A DNA stretch of 64,000 bases from Laetmonice hystrix (taxonomy: Eukaryota), in NCBI GenBank assembly GCA_965235115.1, contig OZ249436.1, positions 47,246,001 to 47,310,000 on the forward strand. The letters run 5' to 3'. Within the stretch, counting starts at the first letter, position 1, and the number at the start of each line of letters is the position of its first letter. Shown here one piece after another: positions 24,601 to 39,600 of this stretch. Under the pieces are notes generated by a model that did not search any database, was not told the origin of the DNA, and saw only the letters and a program-made list of their open reading frames with translations. Both the position numbers and the translations under genes were made by a program.

Positions 24601-27600
24601 AAGCGTCCGACAACGTTGTCAGATCGTCCCAATGACTGTTTGCCGTCAAGGTTTAGTTAACAATGGCAAATGACGTTGAACGCCTATTCTATATCAGATA
24701 TCCCATCCCCAAGTAACAAACAAACAAAGGATGATTACCCAGAGATATTGCCGGCAGAAAACACCAGGGTGCAGCTGACGGCGCTGACTGCACTGCCGCC
24801 TTCCGGCCAGCGGTGGAATCACCACGTACACCTCGCCGGGCTGGCAGGCACCTGTGGCCCTGAGGCGAGAGACAGGTTAAAGCAACGATAAGCGAAACAT
24901 TTCTACATTTTTGTACGTCAAATTGAATGTACGGCCCCCAAAATTATTATTCTTAGGCCAGATGTATAATTGTCAAGCGTATAGGTCTCGTACGTTCGCT
25001 ACAGATATATGGTTGTGATGTGTACACTTCCCATTTGAGTATCTTCTCCTGATTTTAACATTAGATCCTCCTCGCCTGTACCTTTCATTTTCACTACCTC
25101 ACTGTAGTGTTTGCATGGCTACTATAGGCCAGCTGATAAGTTGTAGGGATTTCTCACTCTACTGGTTGGCCTCCCACACTGCTTGGCTCCATAGTGTACT
25201 CACTGTACTCTTTGGCCTCACTGTAGTGTTCGTTTGGATGCTAGGCCAGCCAGTATACCTTGTAGCGATTCCTCCCCGTACTGTTTGGCAAGAGTAGCCA
25301 GTAGTATAGGGACGCCTCATGTTTCAGTTTCCATGCCTTTATTGTCCAGGAGGCAGGCCATCCGTTTCGTCTATCATCTACTCCCATCTAATCTGTGTCC
25401 CCTACATACCATCTGTAAGCGTCCGACAACGTTGTCAGGCCGTCCCAATGACTCTTTGCCGTCAAGGTTTAGTTAACAATGGCAAATGACGTTGAACGCC
25501 TATTCTATATCAGATATCCCATCCCCAAGTAACAAACAAACAAAGGATGATTACCCAGAGATATTGCCGGCAGAAAACACCAGGGTGCAGCTGACGGCGC
25601 TGACTGCACTGCCGCCTTCCGGCCAGCGGTGGAATCACCACGTACACCTCGCCGGGCTGGCAGGCACCTGTGGCCCTGAGGCGAGAGACAGGTTAAAGCA
25701 ACGATAAGCGAAACATTTCTACATTTTTGTACGTCAAATTGAATGTACGGCCCCCAAAATTATTATTCTTAGGCCAGATGTATAATTGTCAAGCGTATAG
25801 GTCTCGTACGTTCGCTACAGATATATGGTTGTGATGTGTACACTTCCCATTTGAGTATCTTCTCCTGATTTTAACATTAGATCCTCCTCGCCTGTACCTT
25901 TCATTTTCACTTCCTCACTGTAGTGTTTGCATGGCTACTATAGGCCAGCTGGTAAGTTGTAGGGACTTCTCACTCTACTGGTTGGCCTCCCACACTGCTT
26001 GGCTCCATAGTGTACTCACTGTACTCTTTGGCCTCACTGTAGTGTTCGTTTGGGTGCTAAGCCAGCCAGTATACCATGTAGCGATTCCCCCCCGTACTGT
26101 TTGGCCTCCCTGTACCGTTTGCTTGTATACAAGAGTAGCCAGTAGTATAGGGACGCCTCATGTTTCAGTTTCCATGCCTTTATTGTCCAGGAGGCAGGCC
26201 ATCCGTTTCGTCTATCATCTACTCCCATCTAATCTGTGTCCCCTACATACCATCTGTAAGCGTCCGACAACGTTGTCAGATCGTCCCAATGACTGTTTGC
26301 CGTCAAGGTTTAGTTAACAATGGCAAATGACGTTGAACGCCTATTCTATATCAGATATCCCATCCCCACGTAACAAACAAACAAAGGATGATTACCCAGA
26401 GATATTGCCGGCAGAAAACACCAGGGTGCAGCTGACGGCGCTGACTGCACTGCCGCCTTCCGGCCAGCGGTGGAATCACCACGTACACCTCGCCGGGCTG
26501 GCAGGCACCTGTGGCCCTGAGGCGAGAGACAGGTTAAAGCAACGATAAGCGAAACATTTCTACATTTTTGTACGTCAAATTGAATGTACGGCCCCCAAAA
26601 TTATTATTCTTAGGCCAGATGTATAATTGTCAAGCGTATAGGTCTCGTACGTTCGCTACAGATATATGGTTGTGATGTGTACACTTCCCATTTGAGTATC
26701 TTCTCCTGATTTTAACATTAGATCCTCCTCGCCTGTACCTTTCATTTTCACTACCTCACTGTAGTGTTTGCATGGCTACTATAGGCCAGCTGGTAAGTTG
26801 TAGGGATTTCTCACTCTACTGGTTGGCCTCCCACACTGCTTGGCTCCATAGTGTACTCACTGTACTCTTTGGCCTCACTGTAGTGTTCGTTTGGGTGCTA
26901 AGCCAGCCAGTATACCATGTAGCGATTCCTCCCCGTACTGTTTGGCCTCCCTGTACCGTTTGCTTGTATACAAGAGTAGCCAGTAGTATAGGGACGCCTC
27001 ATGTTTCAGTTTCCATGCCTTTATTGTCCAGGAAGCAGGCCATCCGTTTCGTCTATCATCTACTCCCATCTAATCTGTGTCCCCTACATACCATCTGTAA
27101 GCGTCCGACAACGTTGTCAGGCCGTCCCAATGACTGTTTGCCGTCAAGGTTTAGTTAACAATGGCAAATGACGTTGAACGCCTATTCTATATCAGATATC
27201 CCATCCCCAAGTAACAAACAAACAAAGGATGATTACCCAGAGATATTGCCGGCAGAAAACACCAGGGTGCAGCTGACGGCGCTGACTGCACTGCCGCCTT
27301 CCGGCCAGCGGTGGAATCACCACGTAAACCTCGCCGGGCTGGCAGGCACCTGTGGCCCTGAGGCGAGAGACAGGTTAAAGCAACGATAAGCGAAACATTT
27401 CTACATTTTTGTAAGTCAAATTGAATGTACGGCCCCCAAAATTATTATTCTTAGGCCAGATGTATAATTGTCAAGCGTATAGGTCTCGTACGTTCGCTAC
27501 AGATATATGGTTGTGATGTGTACACTTTCCATTTGAGTATCTTCTCCTGATTTTAACATTAGATGCTCCTCGCCTGTACCTTTCATTTTCACTACCTCAC

Positions 27601-30600
27601 TGTAGTGTTTGCATGGCTACTATAGGCCAGCTGGTAAGTTGTAGGGACTTCTCACTCGACTGGTTGGCCTCCCACACTGCTTGGCTCCATAGTGTACTCA
27701 CTGTACTCTTTGGCCTCACTGTAGTGTTCGTTTGGGTGCTAAGCCAGCCAGTATACCATGTAGCGATTCCTCCCCGTACTGTTTGGCCTCCCTGTACCGT
27801 TTGCTTGTATACAAGAGTAGCCAGTAGTATAGGGACGCCTCATGTTTCAGTTTCCATGCCTTTATTGTCCAGGAGGCAGGCCATCCGTTTCGTCTATCAT
27901 CTACTCCCATCTAATCTGTGTCCCCTACATACCATCTGTAAGCGTCCGACAACGTTGTCAGGCCGTCCCAATGACTCTTTGCCGTCAAGGTTTAGTTAAC
28001 AATGGCAAATGACGTTGAACGCCTATTCTATATCAGATATCCCATCCCCAAGTAACAAACAAACAAAGGATGATTACCCAGAGATATTGCCGGCAGAAAA
28101 CACCAGGGTGCAGCTGACGGCGCTGACTGCACTGCCGCCTTCCGGCCAGCGGTGGAATCACCACGTACACCTCGCCGGGCTGGCAGGCACCTGTGGCCCT
28201 GAGGCGAGAGACAGGTTAAAGCAACGATAAGCGAAACATTTCTACATTTTTGTACGTCAAATTGAATGTACGGCCCCCAAAATTATTATTCTTAGGCCAG
28301 ATGTATAATTGTCAAGCGTATAGGTCTCGTACGTTCGCTACAGATATATGGTTGTGATGTGTACACTTCCCATTTGAGTATCTTCTCCTGATTTTAACAT
28401 TAGATCCTCCTCGCCTGTACCTTTCATTTTCACTTCCTCACTGTAGTGTTTGCATGGCTACTATAGGCCAGCTGGTAAGTTGTAGGGACTTCTCACTCTA
28501 CTGGTTGGCCTCCCACACTGCTTGGCTCCATAGTGTACTCACTGTACTCTTTGGCCTCACTGTAGTGTTCGTTTGGGTGCTAAGCCAGCCAGTATACCAT
28601 GTAGCGATTAATCCCCGTACTGTTTGGCCTCCCTGTACCGTTTGCTTGTATACAAGAGTAGCCAGTAGTATAGGGACGCCTCATGTTTCAGTTTCCATGC
28701 CTTTATTGTCCAGGAGGCAGGCCATCCGTTTCGTCTATCATCTACTCCCATCTAATCTGTGTCCCCTACATACCATCTGTAAGCGTCCGACAACGTTGTC
28801 AGATCGTCCCAATGACTGTTTGCCGTCAAGGTTTAGTTAACAATGGCAAATGACGTTGAACGCCTATTCTATATCAGATATCCCATCCCCACGTAACAAA
28901 CAAACAAAGGATGATTACCCAGAGATATTGCCGGCAGAAAACACCAGGGTGCAGCTGACGGCGCTGACTGCACTGCCGCCTTCCGGCCAGCGGTGGAATC
29001 ACCACGTACACCTCGCCGGGCTGGCAGGCACCTGTGGCCCTGAGGCAATAGAGACAGGTTAAAGCAACGATAAGCGAAACATTTCTACATTTTTGTACGT
29101 CAAATTGAATGTACGGCCCCCAAAATTATTATTCTTAGGCCAGATGTATAATTGTCAAGCGTATAGGTCTCGTACGTTCGCTACAGATATATGGTTGTGA
29201 TGTGTACACTTCCCATTTCAGTATCTTCTCCTGATTTTAACATTAGATCCTCCTCGCCTGTACCTTTCATTTTCACTACCTCACTGTAGTGTTTGCATGG
29301 CTACTATAGGCCAGCTGGTAAGTTGTAGGGATTTCTCACTCTACTGGTTGGCCTCCCACACTGCTTGGCTCCATAGTGTACTCACTGTACTCTTTGGCCT
29401 CACTGTAGTGTTCGTTTGGGTGCTAAGCCAGCCAGTATACCATGTAGCGATTCCTCCCCGTACTGTTTGGCCTCCCTGTACCGTTTGCTTGTATACAAGA
29501 GTAGCCAGTAGTATAGGGACGCCTCATGTTTCAGTTTCCATGCCTTTATTGTCCAGGAGGCAGGCCATCCGTTTCGTCTATCATCTACTCCCATCTAATC
29601 TGTGTCCCCTACATACCATCTGTAAGCGTCCGACAACGTTGTCAGGCCGTCCCAATGACTGTTTGCCGTCAAGGTTTAGTTAACAATGGCAAATGACGTT
29701 GAACGCCTATTCTATATCAGATATCCCATCCCCAAGTAACAAACAAACAAAGGATGATTACCCAGAGATATTGCCGGCAGAAAACACCAGGGTGCAGCTG
29801 ACGGCGCTGACTGCACTGCCGCCTTCCGGCCAGCGGTGGAATCACCACGTAAACCTCGCCCGGGCTGGCAGGCACCTGTGGCCCTGAGGCGAGAGACAGG
29901 TTAAAGCAACGATAAGCGAAACATTTCTACATTTTTGTAAGTCAAATTGAATGTACGGCCCCCAAAATTATTATTCTTAGGCCAGATGTATAATTGTCAA
30001 GCGTATAGGTCTCGTACGTTCGCTACAGATATATGGTTGTGATGTGTACACTTCCCATTTGAGTATCTTCTCCTGATTTTAACATTAGATGCTCCTCGCC
30101 TGTACCTTTCATTTTCACTACCTCACTGTAGTGTTTGCATGGCTACTATAGGCCAGCTGGTAAGTTGTAGGGACTTCTCACTCGACTGGTTGGCCTCCCA
30201 CACTGCTTGGCTCCATAGTGTACTCACTGTACTCTTTGGCCTCACTGTAGTGTTCGTTTGGGTGCTAAGCCAGCCAGTATACCATGTAGCGATTCCTCCC
30301 CGTACTGTTTGGCCTCCCTGTACCGTTTGCTTGTATACAAGAGTAGCCAGTAGTATAGGGACGCCTCATGTTTCAGTTTCCATGCCTTTATTGTCCAGGA
30401 GGCAGGCCATCCGTTTCGTCTATCATCTACTCCCATCTAATCTGTGTCCCCTACATACCATCTGTAAGCGTCCGACAACGTTGTCAGATCGTCCCAATGA
30501 CTGTTTGCCGTCAAGGTTTAGTTAACAATGGCAAATGACGTTGAACACCTATTCTATATCAGATATCCCATCCCCAAGTAACAAACAAACAAAGGATGAT

Positions 30601-33600
30601 TACCCAGAGATATTGCCGGCAGAAAACACCAGGGTGCAGCTGACGGCGCTGACTGCACTGCCGCCTTCCGGCCAGCGGTGGAATCACCACGTACACCTCG
30701 CCGGGCTGGCAGGCACCTGTGGCCCTGAGGCGAGAGACAGGTTAAAGCAACGATAAGCGAAACATTTCTACATTTTTGTACGTCAAATTGAATGTACGGC
30801 CCCCAAAATTATTATTCTTAGGCCAGATGTATAATTGTCAAGCGTATAGGTCTCGTACGTTCGCTACAGATATATGGTTGTGATGTGTACACTTCCCATT
30901 TGAGTATCTTCTCCTGATTTTAACATTAGATCCTCCTCGCCTGTACCTTTCATTTTCACTACCTCACTGTAGTGTTTGCATGGCTACTATAGGCCAGCTG
31001 GTAAGTTGTAGGGACTTCTCACTCTACTGGTTGGCCTCCCACACTGCTTGGCTCCATAGTGTACTCACTGTACTCTTTGGCCTCACTGTAGTGTTCGTTT
31101 GGGTGCTAAGCCAGCCAGTGTACCTTGTAGCGATTCCTCCCCGTACTGTTTGGCCTCCCTGTACCGTTTGCTTGTATACAAGAGTAGCCAGTAGTATAGG
31201 GACGCCTCATGTTTCAGTTTCCATGCCTTTATTGTCCAGGAGGCAGGCCATCCATTTCGTCTATCATCTACTCCCATCTAATCTGTGTCCCCTACATACC
31301 ATCTGTAAGCGTCCGACAACGTTGTCAGGTCGTCCCAATGACTGTTTGCCGTCAAGGTTTAGTTAACAATGGCAAATGACGTTGAACGCCTATTCTATAT
31401 CAGATATCCCATCCCCAAGTAACAAACAAACAAAAGATGATTACCCAGAGATATTGCCGGAAGAAAACACCAGGGTGCAGCTGACGGCGCTGACTGCACT
31501 GCCGCCTTCCGGCCAGCGGTGGAATCACCACGTACACCTGGCCGGGCTGGCAGGCACCTGTGGCCCTGAAGCGAGAGACAGGTTAAAGCAATGATAAGCA
31601 AAAAATGACTACATTTTTGATACGTCAAATTGAAAGTACGGCCCCCAAAATTATTATTCTTAGGCCAGATGTATAATTGTCAAGCGTATAGGTCTCGTAC
31701 GTTCGCTACAGATATATGGTTGTGATGTGTACACTTCCCATTTGAGTATCTTCTCCTGATTTTAACATTAGATCCTCCTCGCCTGTACCTTTCATTTTCA
31801 CTACCTCACTGTAGTGTTTGCATGGCTACTATAGGCCAGCTGATAAGTTGTAGGGATTTCTCACTCTACTGGTTGGCCTCCCACACTGCTTGGCTCCATA
31901 GTGTACTCACTGTACTCTTTGGCCTCACTGTAGTGTTCGTTTGGATGCTAGGCCAGCCAGTATACCATGTAGCGATTCCTCCCCGTACTGTTTGGCAAGA
32001 GTAGCCAGTAGTATAGGGACGCCTCATGTTTCAGTTTCCATGCCTTTATTGTCCAGGAGGCAGGCCATCCGTTTCGTCTATCATCTACTCCCATCTAATC
32101 TGTGTCCCCTACATACCATCTGTAAGCGTCCGACAACGTTGTCAGGCCGTCCCAATGACTCTTTGCCGTCAAGGTTTAGTTAACAATGGCAAATGACGTT
32201 GAACGCCTATTCTATATCAGATATCCCATCCCCACGTAACAAACAAACAAAGGATGATTACCCAGAGATATTGCCGGCAGAAAACACCAGGGTGCAGCTG
32301 ACGGCGCTGACTGCACTGCCGCCTTCCGGCCAGCGGTGGAATCACCACGTACACCTCGCCGGGCTGGCAGGCACCTGTGGCCCTGAGGCGAGAGACAGGT
32401 TAAAGCAACGATAAGCGAAACATTTCTACATTTTTGTACGTCAAATTGAATGTACGGCCCCCAAAATTATTATTCTTAGGCCAGATGTATAATTGTCAAG
32501 CGTATAGGTCTCGTACGTTCGCTACAGATATATGGTTGTGATGTGTACACTTCCCATTTGAGTATCTTCTCCTGATTTTAACATTAGATCCTCCTCGCCT
32601 GTACCTTTCATTTTCACTACCTCACTGTAGTGTTTGCATGGCTACTATAGGCCAGCTGATAAGTTGTAGGGATTTCTCACTCTACTGGTTGGCCTCCCAC
32701 ACTGCTTGGCTCCATAGTGTACTCACTGTACTCTTTGGCCTCACTGTAGTGTTCGTTTGGATGCTAGGCCAGCCAGTATACCATGTAGCGATTCCTCCCC
32801 GTACTGTTTGGCAAGAGTAGCCAGTAGTATAGGGACGCCTCATGTTTCAGTTTCCATGCCTTTATTGTCCAGGAGGCAGGCCATCCGTTTCGTCTATCAT
32901 CTACTCCCATCTAATCTGTGTCCCCTACATACCATCTGTAAGCGTCCGACAACGTTGTCAGGCCGTCCCAATGACTCTTTGCCGTCAAGGTTTAGTTAAC
33001 AATGGCAAATGACGTTGAACGCCTATTCTATATCAGATATCCCATCCCCAAGTAACAAACAAACAAAGGATGATTACCCAGAGATATTGCCGGCAGAAAA
33101 CACCAGGGTGCAGCTGACGGCGCTGACTGCACTGCCGCCTTCCGGCCAGCGGTGGAATCACCACGTACACCTCGCCGGGCTGGCAGGCACCTGTGGCCCT
33201 GAGGCGAGAGACAGGTTAAAGCAACGATAAGCGAAACATTTCTACATTTTTGTACGTCAAATTGAATGTACGGCCCCCAAAATTATTATTCTTAGGCCAG
33301 ATGTATAATTGTCAAGCGTATAGGTCTCGTACGTTCGCTACAGATATATGGTTGTGATGTGTACACTTCCCATTTGAGTATCTTCTCCTGATTTTAACAT
33401 TAGATCCTCCTCGCCTGTACCTTTCATTTTCACTTCCTCACTGTAGTGTTTGCATGGCTACTATAGGCCAGCTGGTAAGTTGTAGGGACTTCTCACTCTA
33501 CTGGTTGGCCTCCCACACTGCTTGGCTCCATAGTGTACTCACTGTACTCTTTGGCCTCACTGTAGTGTTCGTTTGGGTGCTAAGCCAGCCAGTATACCAT

Positions 33601-36600
33601 GTAGCGATTCCTCCCCGTACTGTTTGGCCTCCCTGTACCGTTTGCTTGTATACAAGAGTAGCCAGTAGTATAGGGACGCCTCATGTTTCAGTTTCCATGC
33701 CTTTATTGTCCAGGAGGCAGGCCATCCGTTTCGTCTATCATCTACTCCCATCTAATCTGTGTCCCCTACATACCATCTGTAAGCGTCCGACAACGTTGTC
33801 AGATCGTCCCAATGACTGTTTGCCGTCAAGGTTTAGTTAACAATGGCAAATGACGTTGAACACCTATTCTATATCAGATATCCCATCCCCAAGTAACAAA
33901 CAAACAAAGGATGATTACCCAGAGATATTGCCGGCAGAAAACACCAGGGTGCAGCTGACGGCGCTGACTGCACTGCCGCCTTCCGGCCAGCGGTGGAATC
34001 ACCACGTACACCTCGCCGGGCTGGCAGGCACCTGTGGCCCTGAGGCGAGAGACAGGTTAAAGCAACGATAAGCGAAACATTTCTACATTTTTGTACGTCA
34101 AATTGAATGTACGGCCCCCAAAATTATTATTCTTAGGCCAGATGTATAATTGTCAAGCGTATAGGTCTCGTACGTTCGCTACAGATATATGGTTGTGATG
34201 TGTACACTTCCCATTTGAGTATCTTCTCCTGATTTTAACATTAGATCCTCCTCGCCTGTACCTTTCATTTTCACTACCTCACTGTAGTGTTTGCATGGCT
34301 ACTATAGGCCAGCTGGTAAGTTGTAGGGACTTCTCACTCTACTGGTTGGCCTCCCACACTGCTTGGCTCCATAGTGTACTCACTGTACTCTTTGGCCTCA
34401 CTGTAGTGTTCGTTTGGGTGCTAAGCCAGCCAGTGTACCTTGTAGCGATTCCTCCCCGTACTGTTTGGCCTCCCTGTACCGTTTGCTTGTATACAAGAGT
34501 AGCCAGTAGTATAGGGACGCCTCATGTTTCAGTTTCCATGCCTTTATTGTCCAGGAGGCAGGCCATCCATTTCGTCTATCATCTACTCCCATCTAATCTG
34601 TGTCCCCTACATACCATCTGTAAGCGTCCGACAACGTTGTCAGGTCGTCCCAATGACTGTTTGCCGTCAAGGTTTAGTTAACAATGGCAAATGACGTTGA
34701 ACGCCTATTCTATATCAGATATCCCATCCCCAAGTAACAAACAAACAAAAGATGATTACCCAGAGATATTGCCGGAAGAAAACACCAGGGTGCAGCTGAC
34801 GGCGCTGACTGCACTGCCGCCTTCCGGCCAGCGGTGGAATCACCACGTACACCTGGCCGGGCTGGCAGGCACCTGTGGCCCTGAAGCGAGAGACAGGTTA
34901 AAGCAATGATAAGCAAAAAATGACTACATTTTTGATACGTCAAATTGAAAGTACGGCCCCCAAAATTATTATTCTTAGGCCAGATGTATAATTGTCAAGC
35001 GTATAGGTCTCGTACGTTCGCTACAGATATATGGTTGTGATGTGTACACTTCCCATTTGAGTATCTTCTCCTGATTTTAACATTAGATCCTCCTCGCCTG
35101 TACCTTTCATTTTCACTACCTCACTGTAGTGTTTGCATGGCTACTATAGGCCAGCTGATAAGTTGTAGGGATTTCTCACTCTACTGGTTGGCCTCCCACA
35201 CTGCTTGGCTCCATAGTGTACTCACTGTACTCTTTGGCCTCACTGTAGTGTTCGTTTGGATGCTAGGCCAGCCAGTATACCATGTAGCGATTCCTCCCCG
35301 TACTGTTTGGCAAGAGTAGCCAGTAGTATAGGGACGCCTCATGTTTCAGTTTCCATGCCTTTATTGTCCAGGAGGCAGGCCATCCGTTTCGTCTATCATC
35401 TACTCCCATCTAATCTGTGTCCCCTACATACCATCTGTAAGCGTCCGACAACGTTGTCAGGCCGTCCCAATGACTCTTTGCCGTCAAGGTTTAGTTAACA
35501 ATGGCAAATGACGTTGAACGCCTATTCTATATCAGATATCCCATCCCCACGTAACAAACAAACAAAGGATGATTACCCAGAGATATTGCCGGCAGAAAAC
35601 ACCAGGGTGCAGCTGACGGCGCTGACTGCACTGCCGCCTTCCGGCCAGCGGTGGAATCACCACGTACACCTCGCCGGGCTGGCAGGCACCTGTGGCCCTG
35701 AGGCGAGAGACAGGTTAAAGCAACGATAAGCGAAACATTTCTACATTTTTGTACGTCAAATTGAATGTACGGCCCCCAAAATTATTATTCTTAGGCCAGA
35801 TGTATAATTGTCAAGCGTATAGGTCTCGTACGTTCGCTACAGATATATGGTTGTGATGTGTACACTTCCCATTTGAGTATCTTCTCCTGATTTTAACATT
35901 AGATGCTCCTCGCCTGTACCTTTCATTTTCACTACCTCACTGTAGTGTTTGCATGGCTACTATAGGCCAGCTGGTAAGTTGTAGGGACTTCTCACTCTAC
36001 TGGTTGGCCTCCCACACTGCTTGGCCCCATAGTGTACTGTTTGGCCTCACTGTACTGTTTGGCCTCACTGTAGTGTTCGTTTGGGTGCTAGGCCAGCCAG
36101 TATACCTTGCAGCGATTCCTCCCCGTACTGTTTGGCAAGAGTAGCCAGTAGTATAGGGACGCCTCATGTTTCAGTTTCCATGCCTTTATTGTCCAGGAGG
36201 CAGGCCATCCGTTTCGTCTATCATCTACTCCCATCTAATCTGTGTCCCCTACATACCATCTGTAAGCGTCCGACAACGTTGTCAGGCCGTCCCAATGACT
36301 GTTTGCCGTCAAGGTTTAGTTAACAATGGCAAATGACGTTGAACGCCTATTCTATATCAGATATCCCATCCCCAAGTAACAAACAAACAAAGGATGATTA
36401 CCCAGAGATATTGCCGGCAGAAAACACCAGGGTGCAGCTGACGGCGCTGACTGCACTGCCGCCTTCCGGCCAGCGGTGGAATCACCACGTACACCTCGCC
36501 GGGCTGGCAGGCACCTGTGGCCCTGAGGCGAGAGACAGGTTAAAGCAACGATAAGCGAAACATTTCTACATTTTTGTACGTCAAATTGAATGTACGGCCC

Positions 36601-39600
36601 CCAAAATTATTATTCTTAGGCCAGATGTATAATTGTCAAGCGTATAGGTCTCGTACGTTCGCTACAGATATATGGTTGTGATGTGTACACTTCCCATTTG
36701 AGTATCTTCTCCTGATTTTAACATTAGATCCTCCTCGCCTGTACCTTTCATTTTCACTACCTCACTGTAGTGTTTGCATGGCTACTATAGGCCAGCTGGT
36801 AAGTTGTAGGGACTTCTCACTCTACTGGTTGGCCTCCCACACTGCTTGGCTCCATAGTGTACTCACTGTACTCTTTGGCCTCACTGTAGTGTTCGTTTGG
36901 GTGCTAAGCCAGCCAGTGTACCTTGTAGCGATTCCTCCCCGTACTGTTTGGCCTCCCTGTACCGTTTGCTTGTATACAAGAGTAGCCAGTAGTATAGGGA
37001 CGCCTCATGTTTCAGTTTCCATGCCTTTATTGTCCAGGAGGCAGGCCATCCATTTCGTCTATCATCTACTCCCATCTAATCTGTGTCCCCTACATACCAT
37101 CTGTAAGCGTCCGACAACGTTGTCAGGTCGTCCCAATGACTGTTTGCCGTCAAGGTTTAGTTAACAATGGCAAATGACGTTGAACGCCTATTCTATATCA
37201 GATATCCCATCCCCAAGTAACAAACAAACAAAAGATGATTACCCAGAGATATTGCCGGCAGAAAACACCAGGGTGCAGCTGACGGCGCTGACTGCACTGC
37301 CGCCTTCCGGCCAGCGGTGGAATCACCACGTACACCTGGCCGGGCTGGCAGGCACCTGTGGCCCTGAAGCGAGAGACAGGTTAAAGCAATGATAAGCAAA
37401 AAATGGCTACATTTTTGATACGTCAAATTGAAAGTACGGCCCCCAAAATTATTATTCTTAGGCCAGATGTATAATTGTCAAGCGTATAGGTCTCGTACGT
37501 TCGCTACAGATATATGGTTGTGATGTGTACACTTCCCATTTGAGTATCTTCTCCTGATTTTAACATTAGATGCTCCTCGCCTGTACCTTTCATTTTCACT
37601 ACCTCACTGTAGTGTTTGCATGGCTACTATAGGCCAGCTGGTAAGTTGTAGGGACTTCTCACTCTACTGGTTGGCCTCCCACACTGCTTGGCCCCATAGT
37701 GTACTGTTTGGCCTCACTGTACTGTTTGGCCTCACTGTAGTGTTCGTTTGGGTGCTAGGCCAGCCAGTATACCTTGTAGCGATTCCTCCCCGTACTGTTT
37801 GGCAAGAGTAGCCAGTAGTATAGGGACGCCTCATGTTTCAGTTTCCATGCCTTTATTGTCTAGGAGGCAGGCCATCCGTTTCGTCTATCATCTACTCCCA
37901 TCTAATCTGTGTCCCCTACATACCATCTGTAAGCGTCCGACAACGTTGTCAGGCCGTCCCAATGACTGTTTGCCGTCAAGGTTTAGTTAACAATGGCAAA
38001 TGACGTTGAACGCCTATTCTATATCAGATATCCCATCCCCAAGTAACAAACAAACAAAGGATGATTACCCAGAGATATTGCCGGCAGAAAACACCAGGGT
38101 GCAGCTGACGGCGCTGACTGCACTGCCGCCTTCCGGCCAGCGGTGGAATCACCACGTACACCTCGCCGGGCTGGCAGGCACCTGTGGCCCTGAGGCGAGA
38201 GACAGGTTAAAGCAACGATAAGCGAAACATTTCTACATTTTTGTACGTCAAATTGAATGTACGGCCCCCAAAATTATTATTCTTAGGCCAGATGTATAAT
38301 TGTCAAGCGTATAGGTCTCGTACGTTCGCTACAGATATATGGTTGTGATGTGTACACTTCCCATTTGAGTATCTTCTCCTGATTTTAACATTAGATCCTC
38401 CTCGCCTGTACCTTTCATTTTCACTACCTCACTGTAGTGTTTGCATGGCTACTATAGGCCAGCTGGTAAGTTGTAGGGATTTCTCACTCTACTGGTTGGC
38501 CTCCCACACTGCTTGGCTCCATAGTGTACTCACTGTACTCTTTGGCCTCACTGTAGTGTTCGTTTGGGTGCTAAGCCAGCCAGTATACCATGTAGCGATT
38601 CCTCCCCGTACTGTTTGGCCTCCCTGTACCGTTTGCTTATATACAAGAGTAGCCAGTAGTATAGGGACGCCTCATGTTTCAGTTTCCATGCCTTTATTGT
38701 CCAGGAGGCAGGCCATCCGTTTCGTCTATCATCTACTCCCATCTAATCTGTGTCCCCTACATACCATCTGTAAGCGTCCGACAACGTTGTCAGATCGTCC
38801 CAATGACTGTTTGCCGTCAAGGTTTAGTTAACAATGGCAAATGACGTTGAACGCCTATTCTATATCAGATATCCCATCCCCAAGTAACAAACAAACAAAG
38901 GATGATTACCCAGAGATATTGCCGGCAGAAAACACCAGGGTGCAGCTGACGGCGCTGACTGCACTGCCGCCTTCCGGCCAGCGGTGGAATCACCACGTAC
39001 ACCTCGCCGGGCTGGCAGGCACCTGTGGCCCTGAGGCGAGAGACAGGTTAAAGCAACGATAAGCGAAACATTTCTACATTTTTGTACGTCAAATTGAATG
39101 TACGGCCCCCAAAATTATTATTCTTAGGCCAGATGTATAATTGTCAAGCGTATAGGTCTCGTACGTTCGCTACAGATATATGGTTGTGATGTGTACACTT
39201 CCCATTTGAGTATCTTCTCCTGATTTTAACATTAGATCCTCCTCGCCTGTACCTTTCATTTTCACTACCTCACTGTAGTGTTTGCATGGCTACTATAGGC
39301 CAGCTGATAAGTTGTAGGGATTTCTCACTCTACTGGTTGGCCTCCCACACTGCTTGGCTCCATAGTGTACTCACTGTACTCTTTGGCCTCACTGTAGTGT
39401 TCGTTTGGATGCTAGGCCAGCCAGTATACCTTGTAGCGATTCCTCCCCGTACTGTTTGGCAAGAGTAGCCAGTAGTATAGGGACGCCTCATGTTTCAGTT
39501 TCCATGCCTTTATTGTCCAGGAGGCAGGCCATCCGTTTCGTCTATCATCTACTCCCATCTAATCTGTGTCCCCTACATACCATCTGTAAGCGTCCGACAA

